From Gammaproteobacteria bacterium (GTDB lineage Bacteria > Pseudomonadota > Gammaproteobacteria > Steroidobacterales > XN24): a DNA stretch of 64,000 nt. The stretch spans positions 347 to 64,346 of the forward strand of contig JAHEFR010000073.1 of the NCBI GenBank assembly GCA_024640085.1. The letters run 5' to 3'. The position numbers and the translations under genes were made by a program. The notes beneath the pieces are model-generated. The model was not told the origin of the DNA. It saw only the letters and a list, made by a program, of their open reading frames with translations, and did not search any database. The stretch's first letter is position 1. Each line of letters starts with the position of its first letter. Below, piece by piece: positions 42,451-53,472 of the stretch.

Positions 42451-45400
42451 ATGGCGGCCGGCTCAGGGTTGCCTGAGAGTGCCGGCAATCCCGTGACGGG
42501 GCTCGCAAGGCGAATCTGGAGATGGGCCGCGGGACTCTTTGCCGGAGTCGCAATCCTGCTCGCGCTGCTGGTGGGCGCGTTTCGCATCGTCGTCGCTCAC
42601 GCCCCGGACTACCGCCAGCCGATCGCCGACTGGGCCAGCGCCCTGCTGGGTCTGCCCGTGGAGATCGACACGCTCGACGTCCGATTCGGTCTGGGCGGAC
42701 CGGAACTGATCTTCCGTGGCGCCACCATACTCACGGCGGACCGGAGCGAGCCATTGTTCAGCGCGGGCGTAGCCAGCCTGAGCCTCGATGTCACGGAGTT
42801 GATGTTCCGCTGGAGAGTCGTGGCGGACACATTCACCGTCACGGATCTTCAGGTGGACGTAGCCAGGTCGGAGAGTGGAGATATCCTGGTCTTCGACCGG
42901 AACCTGGCTGATTTCCCCCGGGGCGGCGGGTCGCCCATCGAGGAACTGCGGATCCAGAACGCGAAAGTCGTCTTCCGCGACCGTATGGCCGGTGGGCGGA
43001 CCTGGCTACTCGACGAACTCGATGCGGTCCTTGCGCCCGAGGGCACAGGTGCCCGCCTGGAGGGACGGCTCAGGCCCCCCCGGGGCTTGGCGGCCGGCGT
43101 CAATTTCTGGGCCACGAACGGCTCCGACGACGCGTGGCGCACCTATGTCAGCGTCACCGGGCTCGATCTGACCGCCCTCGCTCAGTTGCCAGGCATCCCG
43201 GTCGCCGTGCCCCGGGACGGGACAGGCGATGTCCGCCTCTGGGTGGACGCGGCCGGTGGCCAGGTCGGCCGGATATCCGCCGAAATGGATTTGCGCGATC
43301 TGAGCCTGTCTTTCGACAGCGCCGAGGCCGCCGGTTTCGATCAGTTGGACGGCCGCATCGAATGGGATCGCAAGCCTTCGGGCTGGCGTGGCCGCATCGA
43401 TGGTCTTCATGTCCGCCGAGGCGGGAGCGAGTGGCGGTCCCCGCAGATGACCATTGATATGACTGACGCGACGGAGCACAGGAACCGGAGCGTCTTCCTC
43501 GACGCAGACTTCCTTCGGCTGGACGATCTTAGACCATTGTTGCCCCTGATCCCGGACCAGGAACTACGCGAAGCGCTCGTCGCCATGCGGCCGTCGGGCG
43601 ACGTGAGCGGGCTCGCGGTGACCATGACCGACTCGGGGGAGGAAGCCGCGGGCTATCGCGTCGAATTGCATGCTGATCTGAGCCAGCTGTCCGTTGCGCC
43701 CTATGGGAGAGTTCCGGGGATCAGTGGACTGACCGGGCAGGTCCGTAACGATCCCAACGGTGGTCGGATCGAGGTCGACAGTCGCGAGTTCGCCCTCGAG
43801 ATGCCTCGCCTGTTCAGAGATCCGCTGAGATTCGACTCTGGCCGTGGCCTTGTCGTCTGGAGCCGCGGTTCAGACGGTCTGACGGTGATCGGCGACGATC
43901 TGGCCGTCGACAATCGCGACCTGAGCTTACAAGGGGGATTCCGGTTACGGCTTTCCGCCGGCGACGATCCGGGCCGCATCGACGTGCAGGCCACCGTCAG
44001 CGACGTTGATCTCTCGTCGACCTCCCGCTATCTGCCTGTTGGAATCATGCCGCCCCGGGTGGTCACCTGGCTCGATTCCGCCATTGTGGGGGGGAGGGTT
44101 ACGCGGGCGCAGTTGAATCTGCAGGGACCCCTGAGGGGCTTCCCCTATCCCGGTGGGGAGGGGGTCTTCGAGGTGAGTTTCGGTGTCGACGACATGGCTC
44201 TCGATTATGCCTCGGGGTGGCCGGAAGCCCGCGGGCTGGTTGCCGACATGCTGTTCCGGAACCAGGGATTTTCCGCGGAGATCAAGGGCGGTCGACTTGG
44301 TGGCGTGATGGCCCGGGACGTGGATGTCAGCATCCCGGTACTCCGCGAAGGCAAGTTGGCGATCGAGGGAACGGCAGGCGGCGATCTGGCCGATGTACTG
44401 CGATACACCCGGGAAAGCCCTCTGCGCGAGGTCATTGGCCCCACCGTCGACGAAATCGTCGTGGACCGGGGCTCCGCCGAGGTCGGTGTTGACCTGCTGT
44501 TACCGCTGCAGGACCTGGCTGCCAGGACCGTTGTTGTCAACGTGGACGTAGCCGATGCCACGGTCCGTTACGGCCAGATGGTCCATGCCCTGGAGCAGGC
44601 GGACGGCCGCCTGACCGTCGACAACGGCAAGGTATCGGCCAACGGCATCACCGGTGTGCTCATCGGTGAGCCGGTGACCATCGACGTCGGGCCGGGCGCC
44701 AATGGCGGCACAGTGGCCACGGGACGAGCAGTCCTGACGGACCGGGCACTGACCGAATCTCTCGGACTCCCCCTCGATGCGTACCTCGCAGGAGCGACGC
44801 CGGTGACTGCCTACGCGCATTTCCCGACCCGGACTTCCGGTGAACGGTTCCGGATCCATCTGGAGAGCTTACTGGATGGCATGGCCATCACCTTGCCCGA
44901 TCCGGTCAACAAGGCCGCCGCGGACATGGTGCCCACATCGATCGAATTCGAGTTCCCCGAACCGAATCGCACCGTCTGGACAATGGTCTACGGCGATCGC
45001 CTGTCGGCGGCGGTGGGGTTCGACACACGGGAAGGGGCGCTCGATTTCACCCAGGCGACGATACTCGGCGGCTCGGGCGTGGCGAAGCTGGGAGACGAGT
45101 CCGGTATCTCGATCCGCGGGACAGTTCGCCGCCTTCCGGTTCTGGAGTGGATCGGAGTCCGGTTCGGGGATCGGAAGGAAGGCGGACTCGAATCCGTTCT
45201 CAAGGACATCGATGTGACGGCGGATCACCTTCAGTTTGGCGGTCAGCATTTCGGCGCCGTCAGCGGCGGGATGTCGCAGCAGGGCGACCACTGGGCGGTG
45301 GTTCTGGACGGGGAAGCCTTGCAGGGGACGGTAGAGGTCCCCATGAACTTATCCGCGGGGATGCCGCTGAAACTGGACATGCAGCGCTTATACCTTGACG

Positions 45401-46317
45401 ACGAGCCCGAGGACGGTGGCGGCAGCACACTGGATCCGCGTGCCGTCCCGTCGATGAACGTGATCGCAGAAGATTTCCGCATGGAGGGGCTGCATCTCGG
45501 GAGCCTCGACGTCGAGATATTGTCGGTACCCAACGGGTTCTACCTGGAGCGGGCCCACGTCTCCGGCCCCGATCACGTCATGGAGGCAGACGGCCATTCG
45601 CTCCTCGGGTTCGGTCAGGACGAATCGAAGCTGAAACTGGAGGTGACCACCTCGGATCTGGGCGCCGCCATGGAGTTCATCGGATTCCAGCGCACCGTGG
45701 AGGCACAGTCTGCCTCTCTCACTGCGGATCTTCACTGGACGGGCGGTTGGCCCCCGCACCTGCTCGAGGTGGCCCAGGGCGCCGCCCGGATCGACATCGA
45801 GTCCGGGAGCCTGTCGGAGGTGAAGCCGGGCGCCGGCCGCATGTTCGGGCTGCTCAGCGTACAGGCGCTGCCGCGGAGGCTGACCCTGGATTTCAGGGAC
45901 ATATTCAAGAAAGGCTTTTTCTTCGACGAGTTCCATGGCGACTTCACCATCGGCGACGGGTTGGCATACACGGACAATCTTGTGTTCCGTAGCCCGGCCG
46001 CAGACATCGGTATCGTCGGCTCAGTGGACCTGACCGACCGTCTCTACGATCAGACGGCCATCGTCAGTGCCGAGGTAGGCAACACGCTACCCGTGGTGGG
46101 CGCCATTGCAGCCGGCCCCGCGATCGGGGCCGGTCTGTTCGTCCTCAAGGAAATATTCAAGGAGTCCCTGAGAGGCATGGTCAACGTGCAGTACCGGATC
46201 ACCGGGCCATGGGAGAACCCAGTGGTCGAGAAGATCAACAGCGTTGGCACCGTGGCTCAGCCGGACAAGTCCGGAGCCGCTGCCGATGAACCGACGGATC
46301 AGCAGGGGAACCAATGA
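42451..46317 (+). CDS. yhdP: YhdP family (AsmA-like) envelope protein
   Basis: 1288 aa with a single N-terminal TM segment and the conserved rng-yhdP synteny. The C-terminal region ...FDEFHGDFTIGDGLAYTDNLVFRSPAADIGIVGSVDL... is as in the YhdP/TIGR02099 family. Confidence 0.85.
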   Translation: MAAGSGLPESAGNPVTGLARRIWRWAAGLFAGVAILLALLVGAFRIVVAHAPDYRQPIADWASALLGLPVEIDTLDVRFGLGGPELIFRGATILTADRSEPLFSAGVASLSLDVTELMFRWRVVADTFTVTDLQVDVARSESGDILVFDRNLADFPRGGGSPIEELRIQNAKVVFRDRMAGGRTWLLDELDAVLAPEGTGARLEGRLRPPRGLAAGVNFWATNGSDDAWRTYVSVTGLDLTALAQLPGIPVAVPRDGTGDVRLWVDAAGGQVGRISAEMDLRDLSLSFDSAEAAGFDQLDGRIEWDRKPSGWRGRIDGLHVRRGGSEWRSPQMTIDMTDATEHRNRSVFLDADFLRLDDLRPLLPLIPDQELREALVAMRPSGDVSGLAVTMTDSGEEAAGYRVELHADLSQLSVAPYGRVPGISGLTGQVRNDPNGGRIEVDSREFALEMPRLFRDPLRFDSGRGLVVWSRGSDGLTVIGDDLAVDNRDLSLQGGFRLRLSAGDDPGRIDVQATVSDVDLSSTSRYLPVGIMPPRVVTWLDSAIVGGRVTRAQLNLQGPLRGFPYPGGEGVFEVSFGVDDMALDYASGWPEARGLVADMLFRNQGFSAEIKGGRLGGVMARDVDVSIPVLREGKLAIEGTAGGDLADVLRYTRESPLREVIGPTVDEIVVDRGSAEVGVDLLLPLQDLAARTVVVNVDVADATVRYGQMVHALEQADGRLTVDNGKVSANGITGVLIGEPVTIDVGPGANGGTVATGRAVLTDRALTESLGLPLDAYLAGATPVTAYAHFPTRTSGERFRIHLESLLDGMAITLPDPVNKAAADMVPTSIEFEFPEPNRTVWTMVYGDRLSAAVGFDTREGALDFTQATILGGSGVAKLGDESGISIRGTVRRLPVLEWIGVRFGDRKEGGLESVLKDIDVTADHLQFGGQHFGAVSGGMSQQGDHWAVVLDGEALQGTVEVPMNLSAGMPLKLDMQRLYLDDEPEDGGGSTLDPRAVPSMNVIAEDFRMEGLHLGSLDVEILSVPNGFYLERAHVSGPDHVMEADGHSLLGFGQDESKLKLEVTTSDLGAAMEFIGFQRTVEAQSASLTADLHWTGGWPPHLLEVAQGAARIDIESGSLSEVKPGAGRMFGLLSVQALPRRLTLDFRDIFKKGFFFDEFHGDFTIGDGLAYTDNLVFRSPAADIGIVGSVDLTDRLYDQTAIVSAEVGNTLPVVGAIAAGPAIGAGLFVLKEIFKESLRGMVNVQYRITGPWENPVVEKINSVGTVAQPDKSGAAADEPTDQQGNQ

Positions 46318-47156
46318 CCGGCCCCGGCGAAGACAGTGGCCGGCGGGTGGCCGCGATCCAGATGGGGTCCGGGCCCAACGTCGCGGCCAATCTCTCTGTC
46401 GCCTCGGGGCTTCTGGCCGCGGCGGCGGACGATGGTGCGGTCTTGGCGGTGCTGCCGGAAAATTTCGCATGTATGCCCAATAATGACGGCGATCGCCTGA
46501 AAGTCGCGGAGGACGAGGGGGCGGGCCCGATCCAGGAGTTCCTTGCTGGGTCCGCTGATGATCTCGGCATCTGGATCGTCGGCGGCACGATACCGATCCG
46601 CTGCGCGGGAGACCCCCGGCCAGCAGCTGCCTGCCTTGTCTTCGACCCTCAGGGTCAGCCCAGGGCCCGTTACGACAAGATCCACCTGTTCGACGTGTCC
46701 CTGCCGGGGCGGGAGGAATCCTACCGGGAATCCGAGACCATCCGACCGGGTGAAAGAGTCGCAGTGTGCGATTCGCCTGTGGGTCGCTTGGGTCTGGCGG
46801 TCTGCTACGATTTGCGCTTCCCCGGGTTGTTCCGGCGAATGCTGGACAAGGGCGTGGAAGTCATCGCTTTGCCGGCGGCATTCACGGCCCATACCGGGCA
46901 TGCGCACTGGGAGACGCTGTTGCGCGCACGGGCCACGGAAAATCTTTGCTGGGTGATCGCCGCCGCCCAGGAAGGCCGGCACCCCAACGGCCGGGAGACC
47001 TGGGGCGACTCCATGATCGTCGAGCCATGGGGTAAAGTGATCAGTCGGCGCAGGACTGGCGCCGGTCTTGCGGCGGCCGAAATCGACCTCGCGGGTCAGG
47101 CCCGCCTCCGGCGGCAGTTCCCGGTGCTAGACCATCGACGGGATTTCGGATTCTGA
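46314..47156 (+). CDS. Carbon-nitrogen hydrolase family protein (Nit-like amidase)
   Basis: The Glu-Lys-Cys triad contexts are [13 protein letters not shown] and [14 protein letters not shown] overlap with yhdP. Confidence 0.88.
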   Translation: MTGPGEDSGRRVAAIQMGSGPNVAANLSVASGLLAAAADDGAVLAVLPENFACMPNNDGDRLKVAEDEGAGPIQEFLAGSADDLGIWIVGGTIPIRCAGDPRPAAACLVFDPQGQPRARYDKIHLFDVSLPGREESYRESETIRPGERVAVCDSPVGRLGLAVCYDLRFPGLFRRMLDKGVEVIALPAAFTAHTGHAHWETLLRARATENLCWVIAAAQEGRHPNGRETWGDSMIVEPWGKVISRRRTGAGLAAAEIDLAGQARLRRQFPVLDHRRDFGF

Positions 47157-47175
47157 CGGAGCCACTACCAACGAC

Positions 47176-48618
47176 ATGAGTGACAGAGCATTCCAGATAG
47201 CGCGACAGACGATCCTCGATCCAGCCGGGATGGGCGACGGCGACATCCAGAAGCTTCTGGATAGCGTCATGAGCCGAGCGGTGGACGCGGCGGACATCTA
47301 CTTCCAGTACAGCCGTCACGAGTCGTGGACGCTGGAAGACGGGATCGTCAAGGACGGCGGGCATGGCGTGGATCAGGGCGCAGGCATCCGTGCCGTCAGC
47401 GGTGAGAAAACGGGATTCGCGTACTCGGATGAGATCATCCTGCCGGCTCTTGGCAAGGCGGCCGATGCAGCTCGTTCCATCGCCGCCCAGGGGCGGGAGG
47501 GCGCGGTCCAGGCCTGGCGGCGCGCCGGCGAGACCGCCCTGTACGAGCCGCTCGATCCCCTCGAGACGCTCGGTGACGAGGAGAAAGTGAGCCTGATCCA
47601 GGAGCTGGATCAACAGGTCCGTAGTCTCGATCCACGGGTCAGCCAGGTCATTATCCGGCTCGTCGGAGTCCAGGACGTGGTGCTGGTTGCCGCCGCGGAC
47701 GGGACCTTCAGTGCGGACATCCGGCCGCTGATCCGGCTCAACGTTTCTGTTATCGCCGAAGCGGGCGGACGCCGGGAGCAGGGCTTCTCGGGAGGAGGCG
47801 GGCGTTTCGGGTACGAGTGGCTTCGACAGGAAGATCGATGTATCGAATTCGGCAAGGAAGCCGTGCGCCAGGCCCTGGTGAACCTGGAGGCCGAGGATGC
47901 GCCGGCCGGGACTATGACCGTGGTCCTCGGGCCGGGCTGGCCAGGCGTGCTGCTCCACGAGGCCATAGGACATGGACTCGAGGGCGACTTCAATCGTCGC
48001 GGTACCTCGGCGTTTTCGGGGCGTGTCGGGGAGCGTGTCGCATCGCCTCTTTGCACCGTGGTCGACGACGGCGCCATGCCCTACCGCCGCGGCTCGTTAA
48101 ACATCGACGACGAGGGCACTCCGACCCAGTGCACGACCCTGATCGAGGACGGGATCCTGAAAGGGTACATGCAGGACAAGACCAACGCGCGGCTGATGGG
48201 GACGCAGTCGACCGGAAACGGCCGTCGGGAATCCTTCGCTCATCTGCCCATGCCGCGAATGACCAATACCTACATGCTGGCCGGTCCGCACGATCCGCAG
48301 GAAATCGTCGCCAGCGTGGACAAAGGTCTGTATGCCTCCAATTTCGGAGGCGGGCAGGTCGACATCACCTCGGGAAAATTCGTGTTCTCGGCCAGCGAGG
48401 CCTACCTGATAGAAAACGGAAAGGTCACCCGTCCGGTCAAGGGCGCGACCCTGGTGGGAAACGGCCCGGACGTCCTGACCCGTGTCAGCATGGTGGGGAC
48501 AGACCTGGAGCTTGATGCGGGCGTCGGTGTATGCGGAAAGGACGGGCAGAGCGTCCCGGTGGGCGTCGGCCAGCCGACGCTGAAGGTCGATGGTCTGACA
48601 GTGGGGGGTACCCGATAG
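47176..48618 (+). CDS. tldD: Metalloprotease TldD
   Basis: [22 protein letters not shown] (HExxxH) and the C-terminal [13 protein letters not shown]-like segment [21 protein letters not shown]. Confidence 0.95.
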   Translation: MSDRAFQIARQTILDPAGMGDGDIQKLLDSVMSRAVDAADIYFQYSRHESWTLEDGIVKDGGHGVDQGAGIRAVSGEKTGFAYSDEIILPALGKAADAARSIAAQGREGAVQAWRRAGETALYEPLDPLETLGDEEKVSLIQELDQQVRSLDPRVSQVIIRLVGVQDVVLVAAADGTFSADIRPLIRLNVSVIAEAGGRREQGFSGGGGRFGYEWLRQEDRCIEFGKEAVRQALVNLEAEDAPAGTMTVVLGPGWPGVLLHEAIGHGLEGDFNRRGTSAFSGRVGERVASPLCTVVDDGAMPYRRGSLNIDDEGTPTQCTTLIEDGILKGYMQDKTNARLMGTQSTGNGRRESFAHLPMPRMTNTYMLAGPHDPQEIVASVDKGLYASNFGGGQVDITSGKFVFSASEAYLIENGKVTRPVKGATLVGNGPDVLTRVSMVGTDLELDAGVGVCGKDGQSVPVGVGQPTLKVDGLTVGGTR

Positions 48619-48633
48619 CGGAGCCCCGGAGCC

Positions 48634-49818
48634 TCAGCCTTCCTGGTTGTCCTGCATGAACATGATCTCGTGTTCGCCGATGATGAAGACGTCGCCGTGC
48701 TTCAGGCGATACTTCTTCACACGCTTGCCCTTGACGTAAATACCGTTGGTGCTGTTGAGGTCCTCCAGCAGCGACTCAGCACCGTAGGTAACGATCTGGG
48801 CATGGTGACGACTGACGAACTTGCTGTCGATCTGAAGGTCGTTGTCGCCGGTCCTGCCGAGGATGATCCGGCCCTGGGCGACGGGGTAATCGACCGCTTC
48901 GTCACCCTCATGAGCGACAATTAACCGCGCCACGGTCTCCATACCGCTGAAGGTGTTCATGGCGCCGGCCTTGAGCGCGGCCATTTGATCAGTTCTGCTC
49001 TGGTAGTCGGTCCACTGCAGCTCATCGATGGCCGTCCTGATCTCCTTCTCTCCGATATGTTCGGAATTCTCTGCGAATCCCGACAGCATGGCCGTGTCGC
49101 AGAGGGTGTTGATCAGGCGCGGCACGCCACCGGTAAACTTGAATATCAGTGCGGCCGTCCCCGGCTCGAAGATCCTCCGCTCCCCCGCTCCAGCCCCGGC
49201 CACGGTAAGGCGATGACGGATATAGGCGCCAGTCTCCTTCTCCGTCAGGGGCTTGAGGTGGTATCGGAGCCGGGTCCGCTGGGCGAGCTGCTCCATGTCT
49301 GGCGCGTCCAGAATCTGATTCAGTTCCGGCTGACCGGCGAGGATGACGCTGAGCACCTTCGCCCGGCCCGAGCCGACGCCGGACAGCAGGCGGAGTTCCT
49401 CCAGCACCGACCGGTCCAGGTTCTGTGCTTCATCTACGACGATGACCACCTTCTGGCCCTTTTGCAGGAGTTCCTCGAGATGTCTGTCGATGGTATCCAG
49501 CAGTTCGGCCTTGCCCATGCGGAACGGCCGATAGCCGAACTGCGCCAGCAGGCCCTGCAGTAGCTGCGTGGCCGTGACCTGGGTCTGGGCGATCCGTGCG
49601 ATGGTGACGTCGTCCTCCAGTTCCGAAAGAAATTTCTCGAGCAGCGTGGTCTTGCCACAGCCGATCTCCCCCGTGATGATCACGAACCCGTCCGTGAACC
49701 ACAGGGTCGATTCGACATACGCCAGGGCCCGGGCGTGCTGCTGGCTCAGGTACAGGAAATTGGCATCCGGGCTAAGCCTGAACGGGTGTTCCTGGAGCTG
49801 GAAGAATTCGAGGTACAT
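48634..49818 (-). CDS. ExeA/GspA-like AAA+ ATPase fused to a C-terminal FHA domain
   Basis: N-terminus MYLEFFQLQEHPFRLSPDANFLYLSQQHARALAYV...ITGEIGCGKTTLLEKF (Walker A)...VIVVDEAQNL (Walker B), as in ExeA/MshM. C-terminus RIILGRTGDNDLQIDSKFVSRHHAQIV...LEDLNSTNGIYVKGKRV is the FHA signature. No TM segment seen. Confidence 0.85.
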   Translation of the reverse strand: MYLEFFQLQEHPFRLSPDANFLYLSQQHARALAYVESTLWFTDGFVIITGEIGCGKTTLLEKFLSELEDDVTIARIAQTQVTATQLLQGLLAQFGYRPFRMGKAELLDTIDRHLEELLQKGQKVVIVVDEAQNLDRSVLEELRLLSGVGSGRAKVLSVILAGQPELNQILDAPDMEQLAQRTRLRYHLKPLTEKETGAYIRHRLTVAGAGAGERRIFEPGTAALIFKFTGGVPRLINTLCDTAMLSGFAENSEHIGEKEIRTAIDELQWTDYQSRTDQMAALKAGAMNTFSGMETVARLIVAHEGDEAVDYPVAQGRIILGRTGDNDLQIDSKFVSRHHAQIVTYGAESLLEDLNSTNGIYVKGKRVKKYRLKHGDVFIIGEHEIMFMQDNQEG

Positions 49819-49922
49819 TCGAAAGCGGCGGGTCCTGACCCTGTCTCCCTATGACGATACGATGGACGGCGGCATGCAACTATAAAGGCTCACGGTTGCC
49901 GACGAAACTATCGTTTGCTCCA

Positions 49923-51020
49923 TTATCCGTCTGCCGCGTGCCCGGCCAGCTCGAGCAGTTGAGAGAGCGCGGCGTCCCGGTCCGCCGCGGTGGCAGCGAC
50001 GACCGTGCAGTGTCCCAGTTTCCTTTTCGGTCTTGCCCCCTTGCCGTAACTATGAAAGTGCGCGCCCGGGATCGCCAGCACTTCTTCCAGAGGGGGCAGA
50101 TTGCTCAACAGGTTGACCATGGCCGAGTGGCCATTACATCGCGTCTCGCCCAAGGGGAGATCCAGGATGGCGCGGATGTGATTCTCGAACTGACTGGTGA
50201 CGGCGCCCTCGATGGTCCAGTGCCCCGAATTGTGTACCCGCGGCGCCATCTCGTTCGCCAGCAGTTGCCCTTCATGGACGAAGAACTCGATGGTCAGGAC
50301 CCCGGCATAGTCCAGGTGGTCCATCAGCCGCTGTATGTGCCTTTCCGCCGTGGACTGGAGCGCCACGTCATCGAAAGGCGCCCTGCTGTGAGCCAGGATG
50401 CCCTCGTGGTGGACGTTTTCGGACAGCCGGTAAAACCGGGTCTCGCCACTTGGCCGCCGGACGCCGATGAGCGACACCTCCCGCTCGAACGGGACGAAGG
50501 CTTCCAGGATCATCGGCACGCCGCCCAGTGCCTCCCAGGCCGGCCGGAGATCCTCGGGACCCCGTAACACCCGTTGGCCCCGGCCGTCATACCCCAGCCG
50601 GCGGGTCTTGAGGACGCTCGGCAGCCCCAGCTGGGAGACAGCCAGTTCAAGAGCTTCGGGGGTCGCGACGGGCAGGAACCGCGGCGTCGGTATGTGGAGG
50701 GCGGCGAACGTCCGTTTCTCGGCCAGGCGGTCCTGGGCGGTGGCCAGGGCTTCCACCGGCGGCAGGAAGCGGACGCGGTCTGCAATAGCGCTGACGACTG
50801 ACTCGGGCACGTTCTCCACGTCGAAGGTAACGACATCCGCTATCTCAGCCAGCTTGCCCAAGGCGGCGGGATCGTCGAACGCACCCACGATAATCTGGCC
50901 CACCTGTCCGCCGGGGGCGTCCCCGCTCTGATCCACGAACACAAATCGCAGACCGAGGGGATAGCCCGCAAGGGCCAGCATCCTGCCGAGCTGGCCCGCG
51001 CCTATGATGCCAATCTTCAT
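49923..51020 (-). CDS. purK: N5-carboxyaminoimidazole ribonucleotide synthase
   Basis: [19 protein letters not shown]..., an ATP-grasp region, and overlap with purE. Confidence 0.94.
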   Translation of the reverse strand: MKIGIIGAGQLGRMLALAGYPLGLRFVFVDQSGDAPGGQVGQIIVGAFDDPAALGKLAEIADVVTFDVENVPESVVSAIADRVRFLPPVEALATAQDRLAEKRTFAALHIPTPRFLPVATPEALELAVSQLGLPSVLKTRRLGYDGRGQRVLRGPEDLRPAWEALGGVPMILEAFVPFEREVSLIGVRRPSGETRFYRLSENVHHEGILAHSRAPFDDVALQSTAERHIQRLMDHLDYAGVLTIEFFVHEGQLLANEMAPRVHNSGHWTIEGAVTSQFENHIRAILDLPLGETRCNGHSAMVNLLSNLPPLEEVLAIPGAHFHSYGKGARPKRKLGHCTVVAATAADRDAALSQLLELAGHAADG

Positions 51021-51523
51021 GGATCTGGTGGTGTGTCCGGCCTGGGGTCGGGGTTGTCGAAAACGTCTCGGGTCTGGGTGGCCCGGAAGGCGTCCAGCGC
51101 CTCCCTGACAGCGGGTTCGGTGGTCGCCAGCATGGCTGCCGCGAGCAGGGCCGCATTGGTGGCGCCGGCGTTGCCGATGGCCAGGGTCCCGACCGGGATG
51201 CCGGCTGGCATCTGGGCGATTGAGAGCAGGGAGTCCATGCCGCTGAGAGCCTTCGATTGCACCGGGACGCCGAGCACCGGCAGCGCGGTCTTGGCGGCTG
51301 CCATACCCGGCAGATGGGCCGCACCACCGGCACCCGCGATGATCACTCGCAGTCCGCGATCCCGGGCGGAGGCGCAGTACTCGAACAGCAGGTCCGGAGT
51401 GCGATGCGCCGACACGACACGAGTTTCGCAGGGGATGCCCAGACGCTCGAGCGTCTCCACCGCATGGCTCATGGTAGGCCAGTCGGACTTGGATCCCATG
51501 ATGACACCGACGAGGGGTTTCAT
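51017..51523 (-). CDS. purE: N5-carboxyaminoimidazole ribonucleotide mutase
   Basis: [17 protein letters not shown]...VVSAHRTPD...[14 protein letters not shown] matches PurE. Confidence 0.96.
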   Translation of the reverse strand: MKPLVGVIMGSKSDWPTMSHAVETLERLGIPCETRVVSAHRTPDLLFEYCASARDRGLRVIIAGAGGAAHLPGMAAAKTALPVLGVPVQSKALSGMDSLLSIAQMPAGIPVGTLAIGNAGATNAALLAAAMLATTEPAVREALDAFRATQTRDVFDNPDPRPDTPPDP

Positions 51524-51569
51524 CCGGCTATTCTACCAGCGGCCCGGTGACTGCGGCAGATCGGCAATG

Positions 51570-52094
51570 TCACTGGTCTTCATTCGCCCTCAGGGCCCTG
51601 AGGCTATCGTGCAGATATCGGAACAGGGCGCGGGAGGCGCCCTTGCGCAGGGGCTCACTGGACGCGGTGGACACAGCCGCGACCCTCTCCGAGAGCGTCT
51701 GCTCGGTGATCCCTAGGGCGGTTGCACACTGCCGCAGGGTTTCCGCATCGCCCTCAAGCAAGCGACGACGCCAGGACTCCGCATCGCGGAACAGGCGTGA
51801 GTCCCTATCCTGTACGGCCTGGCGCCGGTCCAGGAATTCGCGTATCGGTCCGGGATCGATGTCGCGCATCAGCCGGCCGACAAATTGCCGTTGACGTCGC
51901 AGGGCTCCATGTTTGCTGATATGGCGTGCCTCGTCCAGGGCCTGACTCAGGCGGCCAGGGAGTTCGAGCCCTTCCAGTTCCTCGGGTTTCAGCTTGATCA
52001 GGGCCTCGCCGAGCGCCTGCAGAGAGCGACTTTCTTGTTTTCTGCGAGTCTTGCTCGGTGGGGTGCCCATCCCGGTCTGAGGTGTCCGTTTCAT
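51570..52094 (-). CDS. yjgA: Ribosome-associated protein YjgA (DUF615/DarP)
   Basis: SKTRRKQESRSLQALGEALIKLKPEELEGLELP...HGALRRQRQFVGRLMRDID is characteristic of YjgA. Confidence 0.85.
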   Translation of the reverse strand: MKRTPQTGMGTPPSKTRRKQESRSLQALGEALIKLKPEELEGLELPGRLSQALDEARHISKHGALRRQRQFVGRLMRDIDPGPIREFLDRRQAVQDRDSRLFRDAESWRRRLLEGDAETLRQCATALGITEQTLSERVAAVSTASSEPLRKGASRALFRYLHDSLRALRANEDQ

Positions 52095-52105
52095 GTCGCT
52101 ATGGT

Positions 52106-53365
52106 CTACAGCACTGGCTCCAGGACGCGGATGAGCCTGTCGACTTCCTCCTCGGTGTTGTAGTGGACCATGGAAACCCGCACCACCCCATCCACATCCG
52201 TCAGTCCCAGTCGCTCCACCAGGCGGGGGGCGTAGAAATGTCCCCAGCGGATACCGATGCCGTGAGCATCGCAGATCGGCGGTATCTCGGAACTGCGTCT
52301 CCCCCTGACCACGAAGGAGACGGTCGGGAACCTGTGTGGCCCTGGCCGGGACGGGCCAATGACCCTGACCCGGGATTTCGAATCCAGGAACGAGAGCAGG
52401 AGGGAGGACAGTGTGAGTTCGTGGGCCGCCATGGCGTCGTAGGCGCGAGCAGGGCCGCCGGGCCCGGACCGGCCATTCACCCTGTCAGACAGCTGTCGAA
52501 GGTAGGCGGGCACGGCGGCGGCTGAGTAAAGCAGTTCGTAGGGGAAGGCCCCAAGCTCCAGTTTGCCCGGGCCTGTCTCCCCGTCCATGAACTGGTGATT
52601 CAGATTCGTCAGCGCCTCCATCCCGGCAGCCTTGCAGAACAATACGGCGCAGTGCGGACCGTAGACCTTGTAGAGGCTGAATGCATAGAAATCCACGTCC
52701 CAGTCGTGGACCGCGAGGCCGCGGTGCGGCGCGTACGCCACGCCGTCCACGCACACGCGCCCTCCACAGTCATGCACCATATCCGTAATCTCGCGGACAG
52801 GCAGGGCTTCCCCCATGATGTTGGAGGCGTGGGTGAAACACACGAGCCGCGTCCGCTCCGACAGTATCCGCCGCAGGTCATCCGTCTCGAGCCGGCCGCT
52901 GTCCATATCGAGATGCCAGGTGATGACCTCCACCCCCCGATCCTCCAGGCGCCGCCATGGCGTGATGTTGGCCTCGTGGTCGACATCGGTCACTACGATC
53001 TGATCGCCCTCGCGGAGCGTGGGCGCGATGCTCCGTGCCAGCCGCCCGATAAGACTGCTTGTGGACGCGCCGATCACAATCTGGTCCGGGGCTACTCGCC
53101 GATCTCCCGACATGTCGAGCAGGGTCGCCACCTCTCGTCTGGCCGCTGCGAGTTTCTCGCCAGCCAGGGCCGACTCCCGGTAGCTGGCGCCCAGCTGAAC
53201 CGGCCACCTGCGCATGTACTCCGCCGTCCTCTCGCAGACGGTGTCCAGTGGTGCAGAGCCGCCGGCGTTATCGAGCAGGACTCCCGATGCAGACAAAGCG
53301 GGAAACTGGCTCCTCACCCATTCCATGGGCAGGCTCGGGCGTACTTCCGGCAGGTCTGATTGCAT
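52106..53365 (-). CDS. Class V aminotransferase / cysteine desulfurase-family PLP enzyme
   Basis: VLLDNAGGSAP...THASNIMGE...DFYAFSLYKVYGPH (PLP-lysine context). Possibly the VC1184-type subfamily, from memory. Confidence 0.8.
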   Translation of the reverse strand: MQSDLPEVRPSLPMEWVRSQFPALSASGVLLDNAGGSAPLDTVCERTAEYMRRWPVQLGASYRESALAGEKLAAARREVATLLDMSGDRRVAPDQIVIGASTSSLIGRLARSIAPTLREGDQIVVTDVDHEANITPWRRLEDRGVEVITWHLDMDSGRLETDDLRRILSERTRLVCFTHASNIMGEALPVREITDMVHDCGGRVCVDGVAYAPHRGLAVHDWDVDFYAFSLYKVYGPHCAVLFCKAAGMEALTNLNHQFMDGETGPGKLELGAFPYELLYSAAAVPAYLRQLSDRVNGRSGPGGPARAYDAMAAHELTLSSLLLSFLDSKSRVRVIGPSRPGPHRFPTVSFVVRGRRSSEIPPICDAHGIGIRWGHFYAPRLVERLGLTDVDGVVRVSMVHYNTEEEVDRLIRVLEPVL

Positions 53366-53472
53366 GTTGTTTCCGATGGCGGGGGCAGGACGGCGATCAT
53401 AACAACAGCCGCCCTGCCGGTGCTCCCCGGGGGTCTGTTAAACTCGCTGCGCTGCCGCCCAGGGACCCGTAC

